Origin: Bacillales bacterium UBA1737
GTDB lineage: Bacteria > Bacillota_I > Bacilli_A > ML615J-28 > CAG-313
DNA: 64,000 nucleotides
Assembly: GCA_002315915.1 (NCBI GenBank)
Contig: DCIB01000009.1
Coordinates: 47,529-111,528 of the forward strand
Reading direction: 5' to 3'
Part shown: piece after piece, positions 34,914 through 44,820 of the stretch
Numbering within the stretch: position 1 is the stretch's first letter
Layout: each line of letters opens with the position of its first letter
Made by a program: the position numbers and the translations under genes
The notes under the pieces: model-generated
What the model was told of the DNA's origin: nothing
The model's database searches: none
The model's input: only the letters and a program-made list of their open reading frames with translations

Positions 34914-36191
34914 ATGAAAAACTTTTTATTAAAGAATGTCAATGTAGTAGACGTTAAAACAGGAAAAATTAAAGAAAATGCATTCGTTTATGTAGAAGGA
35001 TCTAAAATTAAGTCTTTTGAAAATGTAATGGGTGTAAAAACTTTCGATTGTAAAGGAAAGTATTTAGTACCTGGATTAATCAATATGCATGTACATTTAT
35101 TTGGTAGTGGTAAACCATCAAATACTGTTAATGCAAAAGGGGATTCCCAGGCCAAAACTATCAAGTTTGTAAAAACTCCACTAGGAAGAATTGTTCTTCA
35201 TTTATTATATGGTGGATGCTTAAAACAAACTATCAATTCAGGAACAACAACTGTACGTGCTGTTGGTGATATTGAATGGGAAGATGTATGGCAAAGAGAT
35301 AAAATTAATGCTGGTAAAAAATTCGGTCCAAGAATTTTAGCATCAGGATATGCAGTTTGTACACCTGGAGGACATGCTGATGGTGCAATTTCAATGCATG
35401 GTGTTACAAAAGAAGAACTAGAAAAAATAGTAGAATTAAATGCAGAACATAATGTAGACTGGATTAAACTAATGGTTACTGGTGGCGTTATGGATGCAAA
35501 AGAACGTGGTAACACAGGACTTAAGATGTCTAAAGAACAAATCAAATGGGTTTGTGATAAAGCTCATGCAATGGGATATCGTGTTGCTGCACACTGTGAA
35601 TCAACTGAAGGTGTAGAAGCCTGCGTATATGGTGGTGTAGATACTGTTGAACATTCAGGTGCTTTAACAGATGCATTAGTAGCTGAAATGAAGAAAAAAG
35701 GTACTGTAACAACTTGTACAATTTCTCCAGCTTATCCATATGCAAAATTTGATCCAGAAATGACACATTGTACAGAAGCTCAAACTTATACTGCACAAGT
35801 TGTTGCAGAAGGAGTTGTAGAATCTGCTAAACGTGCATTAAAAGAAAATATGCCAATAGGACTTGGTACAGATGCTTCATGTCCATATGCATTCCATTAT
35901 GCTATGTGGAGAGAACTATATTATTTTACAAAACTAGTTGGTGGCGATAATAAATTAGCATTAAAGATGGCTACAATTGGTAACGCTGAAATATTAGGTC
36001 TTGATAAAGAAATAGGTTCTATTGAAGCTGGTAAAGAAGCTGATATGTTCTTAGTAGATGAAAATCCATTTGATAATGTAAGAACATTATCAGAACCAAA
36101 AATGGTTGTTAAAGGCGGTAAGATGTTAAAGAATCCTAAAGTTAAACGTTATGCCGACTTTGAAAAACTATTAGATGATTTATTAAAGTAA
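34914..36191 (+). CDS. Amidohydrolase-family metal-dependent hydrolase
   Basis: HxH metal motif NMHVHLFGSG, later HCE..., and a DxSxxY region. 425 aa. Confidence 0.6.
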   Translation: MKNFLLKNVNVVDVKTGKIKENAFVYVEGSKIKSFENVMGVKTFDCKGKYLVPGLINMHVHLFGSGKPSNTVNAKGDSQAKTIKFVKTPLGRIVLHLLYGGCLKQTINSGTTTVRAVGDIEWEDVWQRDKINAGKKFGPRILASGYAVCTPGGHADGAISMHGVTKEELEKIVELNAEHNVDWIKLMVTGGVMDAKERGNTGLKMSKEQIKWVCDKAHAMGYRVAAHCESTEGVEACVYGGVDTVEHSGALTDALVAEMKKKGTVTTCTISPAYPYAKFDPEMTHCTEAQTYTAQVVAEGVVESAKRALKENMPIGLGTDASCPYAFHYAMWRELYYFTKLVGGDNKLALKMATIGNAEILGLDKEIGSIEAGKEADMFLVDENPFDNVRTLSEPKMVVKGGKMLKNPKVKRYADFEKLLDDLLK

Positions 36192-36201
36192 AGGATAAAA
36201 A

Positions 36202-36609
36202 ATGAAAGGTATTGAATTATTAGTTAGATTCCTTGGTAAGTTCTCAGAAATATTTATGAACGCCAAAAAACGCTTGGGTGTTTTAATTCAAATAATTATT
36301 TATGCAGTATTATTTGCATTATGTGCAAAAGGAACAATTGAATGCTTAAATAAAGGTGATGCATCTATTGTTATAGCTTTATTCTTAGGAATACTTGCTT
36401 TTGTACTAGGATTATATACAATTTTTTCAGTAATATATGTTGTACTAATTATTATTGCAACTATTATTGATTTATGTAAACACTGCGATATTGGCTTAAA
36501 TATTGTTAATTTATTCATAACATTAATTGCAGCTGTACTAATTGTTGGATCTGTTGTTTATGGATTTGGTGATCAATTAGGATTAGATGCAGCTTGGTGG
36601 GGATTCTAA
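36202..36609 (+). CDS. Small membrane protein (135 aa)
   Basis: Three to four hydrophobic helices. No motif recognised. Confidence 0.4.
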   Translation: MKGIELLVRFLGKFSEIFMNAKKRLGVLIQIIIYAVLFALCAKGTIECLNKGDASIVIALFLGILAFVLGLYTIFSVIYVVLIIIATIIDLCKHCDIGLNIVNLFITLIAAVLIVGSVVYGFGDQLGLDAAWWGF

Positions 36610-36869
36610 TAATTTAAAATTTAGAGAAGTTTTAGATATATTTATCTAAAACTTCTCTTTAATTTCACAATCAAGGTTTATAATATAATTGAAGAATTAA
36701 AATAAATAAATTAATTCTTTTTCATTTTATTAATCTTTTTTATAAAAGATTTATATCCTTTTGTTAATCGGTTAAGTTATTACTTAACCGATTTATTATA
36801 TTTAATACCCATAATTTTATTAAATATGTTAAAATAATTATGTATTATAATTATTAAAGGAGATAAAAA

Positions 36870-37796
36870 ATGTTTCTTGAAGTATATAGATTTGCTTTTG
36901 AGTGGGATATATTAGATTTCTTTTGTACTTTTGCTAATGACTTCTTTAATCTACTTGCTCAAGTAATATCAGAAGCAGGTTCAAGTCCTGCAGTAATTGT
37001 ATTTATAACTATTTCTTATTGGTTAATTGATAAAGAAAAATCTAAAAAGATTGCATTTATTTGTTTTTCATCAATGAGTTTATTAAATACATTTAAAATG
37101 TTATTTTCAGCAGCACGTCCATTTGAATATGAAGGTAAAAAATATTTAAGAAAATTAACAGAAGCTGAAGATAATGCAACTGGATCAAGTTTCCCATCTG
37201 GTCATTCAAATAATTCTTGGACTTTATATGGTGAATATGCTTATAATTTCAAAGCTACATGGCTTAGAGTTATTTGTATAGTATTTATGGTATTAGTACC
37301 AATTTCAAGACTATATTTAGGAGTTCACTTCCCAGGTGATGTATTTGTTGGAGCAATTCTTGCTTTAGCATATATTATTTTAATGGAAGTTCTATATAAG
37401 AAAGTTAAAAACTTTAATATAGTAAAGCTTATTGTTATGGGTATCTTTACTGTTGTAGCTATTTATATATTAATTGTAGGACAATCTAATTTAAAGGATT
37501 TCTTCTCAGCATATGGATTATTAGTAGGATTCTATATTGGAGATTTATTAGAATCTAAATATGTTAAATTTAATCATACTAAAGATTTAAAATTAAATAT
37601 ATTAAGATATTTAGTAGGTATTATAGTAACTCTTGCGGCATACTTTGGATTATCTTTAATTAGACATATTGATACTCCAATTATTCAAGTAACATATGTA
37701 TTATATGCAGTAACATATGGAATAACTTGTGTTATAGCAGGATATGTTGCACCATTATTATTCAAAGTATTACCATTTTTAAAAGATAAAAAATAA
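36870..37796 (+). CDS. PAP2-family membrane phosphatase
   Basis: PAP2 motifs KxxxxxxRP (KMLFSAARP), PSGH (PSGHS), SRxxxxxHxxxD (SRLYLGVHFPGD). Confidence 0.75.
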   Translation: MFLEVYRFAFEWDILDFFCTFANDFFNLLAQVISEAGSSPAVIVFITISYWLIDKEKSKKIAFICFSSMSLLNTFKMLFSAARPFEYEGKKYLRKLTEAEDNATGSSFPSGHSNNSWTLYGEYAYNFKATWLRVICIVFMVLVPISRLYLGVHFPGDVFVGAILALAYIILMEVLYKKVKNFNIVKLIVMGIFTVVAIYILIVGQSNLKDFFSAYGLLVGFYIGDLLESKYVKFNHTKDLKLNILRYLVGIIVTLAAYFGLSLIRHIDTPIIQVTYVLYAVTYGITCVIAGYVAPLLFKVLPFLKDKK

Positions 37797-37824
37797 TAAA
37801 TAATATTCAAAGAAAGGAGATTTT

Positions 37825-38829
37825 ATGAGTACAATAATTCCAAAAAATTATAGATCAAAGCTATCAATTTATGATACACAAGTTGCAATTGGTAGATTAA
37901 AAGAAATATTTATTTCTAAATTAAGTAAATATTTGGATTTAAAAAGAGTATCAGCTCCTTTATTTGTAGAATCTTTTCAAGGATTAAATGATAATTTAAA
38001 TGGTTATGAAAGACCAGTATCATTTGATATATTAAATGTTCCCAAAAAAGGTGAAATAGTTCATTCACTTGCTAAATGGAAAAGAGTAGCATTAGGTAAA
38101 TATGATATTTATCCATATAAAGGTTTGTATACTGATATGAATGCTATTAGAAGAGATGAAGAACTAGATAATATTCATTCTATATATGTTGACCAATGGG
38201 ATTGGGAAATTCATATTAATGAATGTGATAGGAATATTAATTATTTAAAAGATATTGTATCAAAAATAGTTCATGCTATACATGAAACATCACTAATAAT
38301 AAAAGAAGAATTTCCTAGTATAGAATATGAATTTAGTAATGAAGTAACATTTATAACATCAGAAGAATTATTACAAATGTATCCAAATTTATCACCAAAA
38401 GAAAGAGAACTTGCAGCTGTAAAAAAATATGGAAATGTATTTTTGATGCAAATAGGTGATAATTTATCAAATGGAACTCCTCATGATGGAAGAAGCCCTG
38501 ATTATGATGATTGGATGCTTAATGGTGATTTATTAACATATAATAAATTACTTGATATTCCATTTGAATTATCAAGTATGGGAATAAGAGTTAATAAAGA
38601 ATCTCTTGTTAAACAATTAGAAAAGAAAAATTCTCTTGATAGACTTAATTTAAATTATCATCAAATGATTTTAAATGATGAAATACCACTATCTATTGGT
38701 GGAGGAATAGGTCAATCAAGACTTGCTATGTTAATGCTTGAAAAAGCGCATATTGGTGAAGTACAAGTATCAATATGGGATGATGAAACTCTTAGTATTA
38801 CAAAAGAAAATAATATAAAGCTATTATAA
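37825..38829 (+). CDS. asnA: Aspartate--ammonia ligase (asparagine synthetase A)
   Basis: 334 aa. AsnA-like sequence throughout (KLSIYDTQVAIGRLKEIF..., ...SIGGGIGQSRLAMLML). Confidence 0.8.
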   Translation: MSTIIPKNYRSKLSIYDTQVAIGRLKEIFISKLSKYLDLKRVSAPLFVESFQGLNDNLNGYERPVSFDILNVPKKGEIVHSLAKWKRVALGKYDIYPYKGLYTDMNAIRRDEELDNIHSIYVDQWDWEIHINECDRNINYLKDIVSKIVHAIHETSLIIKEEFPSIEYEFSNEVTFITSEELLQMYPNLSPKERELAAVKKYGNVFLMQIGDNLSNGTPHDGRSPDYDDWMLNGDLLTYNKLLDIPFELSSMGIRVNKESLVKQLEKKNSLDRLNLNYHQMILNDEIPLSIGGGIGQSRLAMLMLEKAHIGEVQVSIWDDETLSITKENNIKLL

Positions 38830-38861
38830 AAAAATAAATAAATTTAAGGAGATGTAAAAAT

Positions 38862-40352
38862 ATGGCTTATAATGGATTTGCAGTAGACGAATATTTAGAT
38901 GCAGAAAAGGTAACAAAAGAATTAGATGAACTTATTAAAAAACCAATCTATTCTATCTTTCCTGATGCATTAAAAGATTATGAAGAAAATTATTTTGAAA
39001 AGAAATGTAAAAAATCAAAATCTATGATTACTGAAGCAAAGAAAGTAATTCCTGGTGGAGTTCAACATAACTTAGCTTTTAATTATCCTTTCCCTTTAGT
39101 TATTACTAAAGCAGAAGGTGCTAAAATGTGGGATGCTGATGGTAACTGGTATTATGATTTATTACAAGCAGGTGGACCAACAATAATTGGTTCTAATGAT
39201 CCTGTAGTTAAAAATGCAGTAATAGAATTACTTAATACTTGTGGACCTTCAACAGGACTTTTCCATGAATATGAAATGCTTCTTGCTAATAAAATAAAAG
39301 AATGTGTACCATCTGTAGAAATGTTTAGAATGCTTGGTTCTGGTACTGAAGCATGTATGTGTGCTTTACGTATTGCAAGACTAAAAACTGGTCATAAAAA
39401 TGTTTTAAAAATGGGTGGAGCATATCATGGTTGGAGTGATCAACTTGCATATGGTATAAGAATTCCTGGAACAAAGAATTTAAAGAGCGGTGGAATTCCT
39501 AAATTTGTATTTAAACATACAGATGAATTCTTCCCTAATGATTTAAAAGACTTAGAAAGAAAACTTATTAAAAATACTTTAAAAGGCGGAACAGCTGCTG
39601 TATATATTGAACCAATTGGTCCAGAATCAGGAACTAGACCTGTATCTAAAGAATTTGTACAAGGATGTTTAAGACTTGCTCATAAATATGGAGCACTTCT
39701 TGTATGTGATGAAGTAGTATCAGGATTTAGAATTGGTTTAAGTGGAGCACAAGGTTATTTTGGAATTGATCCAGACCTAACTATTTTTGGTAAAATTATA
39801 GGTGGTGGATACCCAGGTGCAGGCGGTGTTGGTGGTCATGCTGATTGCATGAAGTATTTAGGTGCTGGTCTTGATTCTAATGGTCAAAAGATTACTAAAG
39901 CTTTATGTGGTGGAACAATGAGTGCTACACCTATATCTTGTATAGCAGGTTATACTGTAATATCTGAAATCCAAAAACGTAATGCTTGTGAAGTAGCAGG
40001 TCGTATGGGTGATAGATTAACTAAAGGACTACAAGAGTTAATTAAAAAATATGATTTACCTTTTGTTGCATTTAATATTGGTTCAGTATGTCACCTAGAT
40101 TCAGTTGGAACAATGCATTTTGCTATCAACTGGAAAAAATTATGGGAAGTACCTCGTATCTTAAAAGAAACATCAGCTCGTCAAAAAGAAATGGAACATA
40201 TGGGAGCTGCTTATATGGCTGAAGGTCTAATTACATTAGCAGGATCTCGTTTATATACATCTTCTGCATATACTGAAGAAATGATAGATGATGTTTTAGC
40301 AAGATTTGAAAAAGTATTTAAAAACTGTGGTTTAATTGGTGAAGTAAAATAA
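38862..40352 (+). CDS. Class III (GSA-like) PLP-dependent aminotransferase
   Basis: 496 aa with GSGTEACMCALRIAR, LVCDEVVSGFR and FGKIIGGG (PLP-Lys region) motifs. Confidence 0.7.
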   Translation: MAYNGFAVDEYLDAEKVTKELDELIKKPIYSIFPDALKDYEENYFEKKCKKSKSMITEAKKVIPGGVQHNLAFNYPFPLVITKAEGAKMWDADGNWYYDLLQAGGPTIIGSNDPVVKNAVIELLNTCGPSTGLFHEYEMLLANKIKECVPSVEMFRMLGSGTEACMCALRIARLKTGHKNVLKMGGAYHGWSDQLAYGIRIPGTKNLKSGGIPKFVFKHTDEFFPNDLKDLERKLIKNTLKGGTAAVYIEPIGPESGTRPVSKEFVQGCLRLAHKYGALLVCDEVVSGFRIGLSGAQGYFGIDPDLTIFGKIIGGGYPGAGGVGGHADCMKYLGAGLDSNGQKITKALCGGTMSATPISCIAGYTVISEIQKRNACEVAGRMGDRLTKGLQELIKKYDLPFVAFNIGSVCHLDSVGTMHFAINWKKLWEVPRILKETSARQKEMEHMGAAYMAEGLITLAGSRLYTSSAYTEEMIDDVLARFEKVFKNCGLIGEVK

Positions 40353-41125
40353 TGTATTATTCTGAAAAAGAAGCAAGACGTTTAGTAGTTAAAGCTGGTC
40401 TTGATCTTATTAAAAATAATTTAATAGCAAGAACTTGGGGTAATATTTCATGTCGTATAGCAGAAGATGAATTTGTAATTACTCCATCAGGTAGAGCATA
40501 TGAAACATTAAAAGAAGAAGATTTACCAATTGTAAAAATATCTGATATGTCATATGTTGGTCCTTATAAACCAAGTGGTGAAAAAGGAATACATGCTAAT
40601 GCATATAAACAAAAACCAGAATGTAATTTTATAATTCACACTCATCAAAACTATGCAACATGTTTATCAATGCCTGGTGTTAATCAAAAAATTGTAAAAG
40701 TTGTCGAATATGCACTTCCTTCAACTAGTTTTCTTATGAATAAATTCATTAAAGCAATGAATAAATATCCTAATGATAATGTATTTGTACTTGCTCGTCA
40801 TGGTGCTATTGCAATGTCTAATTCATATGAATCAACATTTGATTTACTAACAAAACTAGAAAATGATGCAAAATCATTTTATGATAAAAATCATTTTGAT
40901 CATAATGAAAAAATTATTTCTAAACCTTATTTAGATGATTATGCACAAATGATGGGATTTAAAAAAACAAATCCATATGAAGATAAAGAAGCTGTAGAAT
41001 TTTTAATTCATAAAAATACTCTTGCCGCAAACGCATCAAAAAAACCAATTGCTATGGGATTGTTTGATGTATTACTACAACACACAGTTTATAAATTAAA
41101 ATATTCAAAATTAAAAAATAAATAA
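40352..41125 (+). CDS. Class II aldolase/adducin-family protein (fuculose-1-phosphate aldolase/epimerase-like)
   Basis: ARTWGNISCR...ITPSG...HTHQNYA pattern typical of class II aldolase. The start overlaps the aminotransferase stop (ATAATG). Confidence 0.65.
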   Translation: MYYSEKEARRLVVKAGLDLIKNNLIARTWGNISCRIAEDEFVITPSGRAYETLKEEDLPIVKISDMSYVGPYKPSGEKGIHANAYKQKPECNFIIHTHQNYATCLSMPGVNQKIVKVVEYALPSTSFLMNKFIKAMNKYPNDNVFVLARHGAIAMSNSYESTFDLLTKLENDAKSFYDKNHFDHNEKIISKPYLDDYAQMMGFKKTNPYEDKEAVEFLIHKNTLAANASKKPIAMGLFDVLLQHTVYKLKYSKLKNK

Positions 41126-41139
41126 AGGAAATAATATTA

Positions 41140-42732
41140 ATGAAACATATTATCGCATACGATATAGGTACAACAGGACTTAAAACATGCTTATTTAAAG
41201 TAGATAAAACTATTAAACTATTAGCATCAGCTGGTGCATCATATCCATTATATGTTTATCCAGATGGTGGAGCAGAACAACATGGAGATGATTGGTTTGA
41301 AGCAATGTGTACTTCAACACATGAATTATTTAAAAATACAACTGTTACTAAAGATGAAATTGACGGAATATCATTTTGTTCTCAAATGCAAGGTGTTGTA
41401 TTAGTAGATAAAGATTGTATTCCAGTTCATCATCCAATGAGTTACATGGATCAAAGAGCAAAAGAAGAAATTAAAAAAGGTATAGCAAATGGTATTCAAG
41501 TAGCAGGAGCTAATATTTTTAAATTAATTCCATCTTTAATTATTACTGGTGCAGTTACATCATCAGTTAAAGATCCAGTATGGAAATATAAATGGATTGA
41601 AGCTCATGAACCCGAAAACTTTAAACGTGCTTATGCATGGCTTGATGTTAAAGATTATTTAACATCACGTCTTACTGGTCGTTTTACAATGACTGAAGAT
41701 TCAGCTTTTGCAACATTAATTTATGATACACGTAAAGGAAAAGAAGGCTGGAGTAAAACAATGTGTAAGATGTTTGATATTAATATGGATTTACTTCCAG
41801 AAATTATCAAATCTACTGACCTTGTAGGAACATTAAAAGAAGACGTTGCAGCATCACTTGGTTTAAATCCAAATACTAAAGTATTTGGAGGAGGTGGTGA
41901 TTCTTCATTAATTGGAGTAGGAGCAGGATGTGTTAATGTTGGTGATACACATGTATATTGTGGAACATCAGGATGGGTATCAACAGTAACTGATCACCAA
42001 ATGGTAGATACTGATGCAATGATTGCAGCAATTGTTGGAGCATTATCTGGTAAATACAATTATTTTGCTGAAATGGAAACAGCAGGTAAGAGCCTAGAAT
42101 GGGTAAAAGATCACCTAGCATTAGATGAAATTGGTGTTTATGTACAAGCAAAAAAGATTACAGATGAATATGAATATCGTGATAGATCATTATTTGATTA
42201 TTTAATAGAATCAATTAAAGATGTACCACCTGGTGCAGATGGTGTTATATTTACTCCATGGTTACATGGTAATAGATGTCCATTTGAAGATCCAAATTCT
42301 ACTGGTATGTTTTTTGGATTAAAAATAGAAACCGGAAAAACACAAATGATTGCAGCAGTATTAGAAGGAGTATTCTATCATATAAGATGGATGCTTGAAT
42401 GCCAAGATAGAAAACTAAAAACATCTGATGTAATAAGATTTGTTGGTGGTGGTGCTTTATCTAAGGGATCTTGTCAAATGTTAGCAAACATTATAGGAAG
42501 ACCTGTAGAAACAGTTGATTCACCACAAAGAGTAGGTTCATATGGAGCAGCAGCTATTGCAGCAGTAGGACTTGGTGCAATTGATTCATTAGAATCAATT
42601 AAAAACTTTATTCCTGCTAATGCAGTATATTATCCAGATATGGATAAACATGCTAAATATGAAAAATATTACAATACATTCAAAAAAATTTATAAAGCAA
42701 ATAAAAAATTATATGCTGATTTAGCAAAATAA
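41140..42732 (+). CDS. FGGY-family carbohydrate kinase
   Basis: N-terminal IAYDIGTTGLKTCLF and C-terminal FVGGGALS motifs. 530 aa. Confidence 0.7.
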   Translation: MKHIIAYDIGTTGLKTCLFKVDKTIKLLASAGASYPLYVYPDGGAEQHGDDWFEAMCTSTHELFKNTTVTKDEIDGISFCSQMQGVVLVDKDCIPVHHPMSYMDQRAKEEIKKGIANGIQVAGANIFKLIPSLIITGAVTSSVKDPVWKYKWIEAHEPENFKRAYAWLDVKDYLTSRLTGRFTMTEDSAFATLIYDTRKGKEGWSKTMCKMFDINMDLLPEIIKSTDLVGTLKEDVAASLGLNPNTKVFGGGGDSSLIGVGAGCVNVGDTHVYCGTSGWVSTVTDHQMVDTDAMIAAIVGALSGKYNYFAEMETAGKSLEWVKDHLALDEIGVYVQAKKITDEYEYRDRSLFDYLIESIKDVPPGADGVIFTPWLHGNRCPFEDPNSTGMFFGLKIETGKTQMIAAVLEGVFYHIRWMLECQDRKLKTSDVIRFVGGGALSKGSCQMLANIIGRPVETVDSPQRVGSYGAAAIAAVGLGAIDSLESIKNFIPANAVYYPDMDKHAKYEKYYNTFKKIYKANKKLYADLAK

Positions 42733-42751
42733 AGAAAAGGAAGTTTAAAAT

Positions 42752-43174
42752 ATGGATGACAAGAAAAAAGAATTCTGGCGTGGAGTAAAATTTTTCTTAT
42801 TCTCATGCTCTGCTGGAATTATTCAAATGGGTTCATTTGCATTAATGAATGAATTATTACAATGGGATTATTGGGTATCATATTTAATTGCATTAGTATT
42901 ATCTGTTATTTGGAATTTTACATTTAATCGTAAATTTACATTCCAATCAGCAAGTAATGTTCCAAAAGCAATGTTTTTAGTATTCTTATTCTATTTAGTA
43001 TTCACACCTCTATCAACTCTTAATGAAGATTATTTAACAGGACTTGGTTGGAATGAATATTTAGTAACATTTATTAATATGTTCTATAATTTAGTATTAG
43101 AATACATTTATGATAGATTCTTTGTATTTAAAGATTCAATAGATACAAATGATGTCGCAAATAAAAATAAATAA
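42752..43174 (+). CDS. GtrA-family membrane protein
   Basis: 140 aa, 4 TM. GtrA-like FxxVGxxxxxxxxxxF pattern (FLFSCSAGIIQMGSFALMN). Confidence 0.55.
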   Translation: MDDKKKEFWRGVKFFLFSCSAGIIQMGSFALMNELLQWDYWVSYLIALVLSVIWNFTFNRKFTFQSASNVPKAMFLVFLFYLVFTPLSTLNEDYLTGLGWNEYLVTFINMFYNLVLEYIYDRFFVFKDSIDTNDVANKNK

Positions 43175-43278
43175 TGTGGTTTTAAACCACATTTTTTATA
43201 TTTAATGGATAAATAGTGAAAAACAATCAATTTAATGATAAAATATATAATATAAAAAAAGTAATTTAGGTATTAAAT

Positions 43279-44139
43279 ATGATTGAAGTACCAGAGTTTT
43301 TAATTAATTATTTACGAAAATATTATAATAATGAAGATATTTCTAGAATATTAAATGGTTATAAAGAAAAAAGACTTTCTACATTTAGAATAAATAGATT
43401 AAATAATATAGATAGTCTTGATAATATTCCATGTACAAAATTAAATAATATTGATGCATATTCTTTAAATGATAATAATTTTAAATTATTTGATACAAAA
43501 GAAGTAAATAGTGGAAATATATACGTTCAATCAATATCTAGTATGATTCCCCCACTTGTATTAAATCCAAATAATAATGATATTGTATTAGATATGACAG
43601 CTGCCCCTGGATCAAAAACAAGCTTACTAGCTCAAATAATGAATAATAACGGTTCAATTACGGCTGTAGAAATTGATAAATATAGATTTGAAAGATTAAA
43701 ACATAATCTAAGATTATTAAATGTTAAAAATACATATTGTATAAATCAAGATGCGTTAAAACTAGATGAAATGTTTTCTTTTAATAAAGTATTATTAGAT
43801 GCCCCATGTAGTGGAAGTGGAACAATTAATTTAAATAATGATAATTTAGTAATATCTGATAAATTAATTAAGAATTCTTCAATTCTCCAATATAAACTTC
43901 TTGATAAAGCAATAAAATTAACAAAAAAAGGTGGAACAATAGTTTATTCAACATGTTCAATATTAAAAATAGAAAATGAAGATATAATATCTTCATTTAT
44001 AAAAAAAGGATTAGTTAAAGTAGAAGAAATAAGTTTTAATGATTTACCATTATTACCTTCTACAATTACAGGAACATTAACGATTTGCCCAAATAAATTA
44101 TATGAAGGTTTTTTTATTTGTAAATTAATAAAATTATAG
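43279..44139 (+). CDS. RsmB/RsmF-type (NOL1/NOP2/Sun) rRNA m5C methyltransferase
   Basis: AAPGSKT, DAPCSGSG and STCS motifs. Confidence 0.75.
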   Translation: MIEVPEFLINYLRKYYNNEDISRILNGYKEKRLSTFRINRLNNIDSLDNIPCTKLNNIDAYSLNDNNFKLFDTKEVNSGNIYVQSISSMIPPLVLNPNNNDIVLDMTAAPGSKTSLLAQIMNNNGSITAVEIDKYRFERLKHNLRLLNVKNTYCINQDALKLDEMFSFNKVLLDAPCSGSGTINLNNDNLVISDKLIKNSSILQYKLLDKAIKLTKKGGTIVYSTCSILKIENEDIISSFIKKGLVKVEEISFNDLPLLPSTITGTLTICPNKLYEGFFICKLIKL

Positions 44140-44148
44140 GTGAAAAAT

Positions 44149-44820
44149 ATGTTTAAAGTTTTAATATGTGATGATGATAAAAATATAAATTTCTTAATAA
44201 TGAGATTTTTACAAAAAGCAGGTTATGAAGTTGTTCAAGCTTTTGATGTTAATGATGCATTAACATCATTAGAAAATAATTATGTCGATTTAGTAATAAC
44301 TGATATTATGATGCCAGGTATAGATGGATTTGAATTTACAAAAATGCTAAGATCAACATATAAAGAATTACCAATCTTAATTATTTCTGCAAAAGATCAA
44401 TTAAATGATAAAAGTATAGGATTTGATCTTGGAGCTGATGATTATTTAGTAAAACCATTCTTACCAGAAGAACTCGTATTAAGAGTAGGAGCATTACTTA
44501 GAAGAAGTAAAATTAATAATGATAAATCACTTCAAATAGGTTCAACTATTTTAAATTATGAAACATTTACAGTATCTTGTAATGGAATTGATTTATTACT
44601 ACCTCAAAAAGAATTCTTAATATTATTTAAACTATTATCATATCCTGATAAAATATTTACTCGTCATTCATTAATGAATGAATTTTGGGGACCTGACTCT
44701 GATTCTGTTGAAAGAACAGTTGATGTACATATAAATAGATTAAGAGATAAATTTAAAGATAATCCAGATTTTGAAATATCTACAGTTAGAAATCTTGGAT
44801 ATAGAGTTATTAAAAAATGA
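44149..44820 (+). CDS. OmpR-family two-component response regulator
   Basis: Receiver domain (DD...D...K) plus a winged-helix C-terminus. AGGTGA RBS before ATG 44149. Confidence 0.8.
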   Translation: MFKVLICDDDKNINFLIMRFLQKAGYEVVQAFDVNDALTSLENNYVDLVITDIMMPGIDGFEFTKMLRSTYKELPILIISAKDQLNDKSIGFDLGADDYLVKPFLPEELVLRVGALLRRSKINNDKSLQIGSTILNYETFTVSCNGIDLLLPQKEFLILFKLLSYPDKIFTRHSLMNEFWGPDSDSVERTVDVHINRLRDKFKDNPDFEISTVRNLGYRVIKK

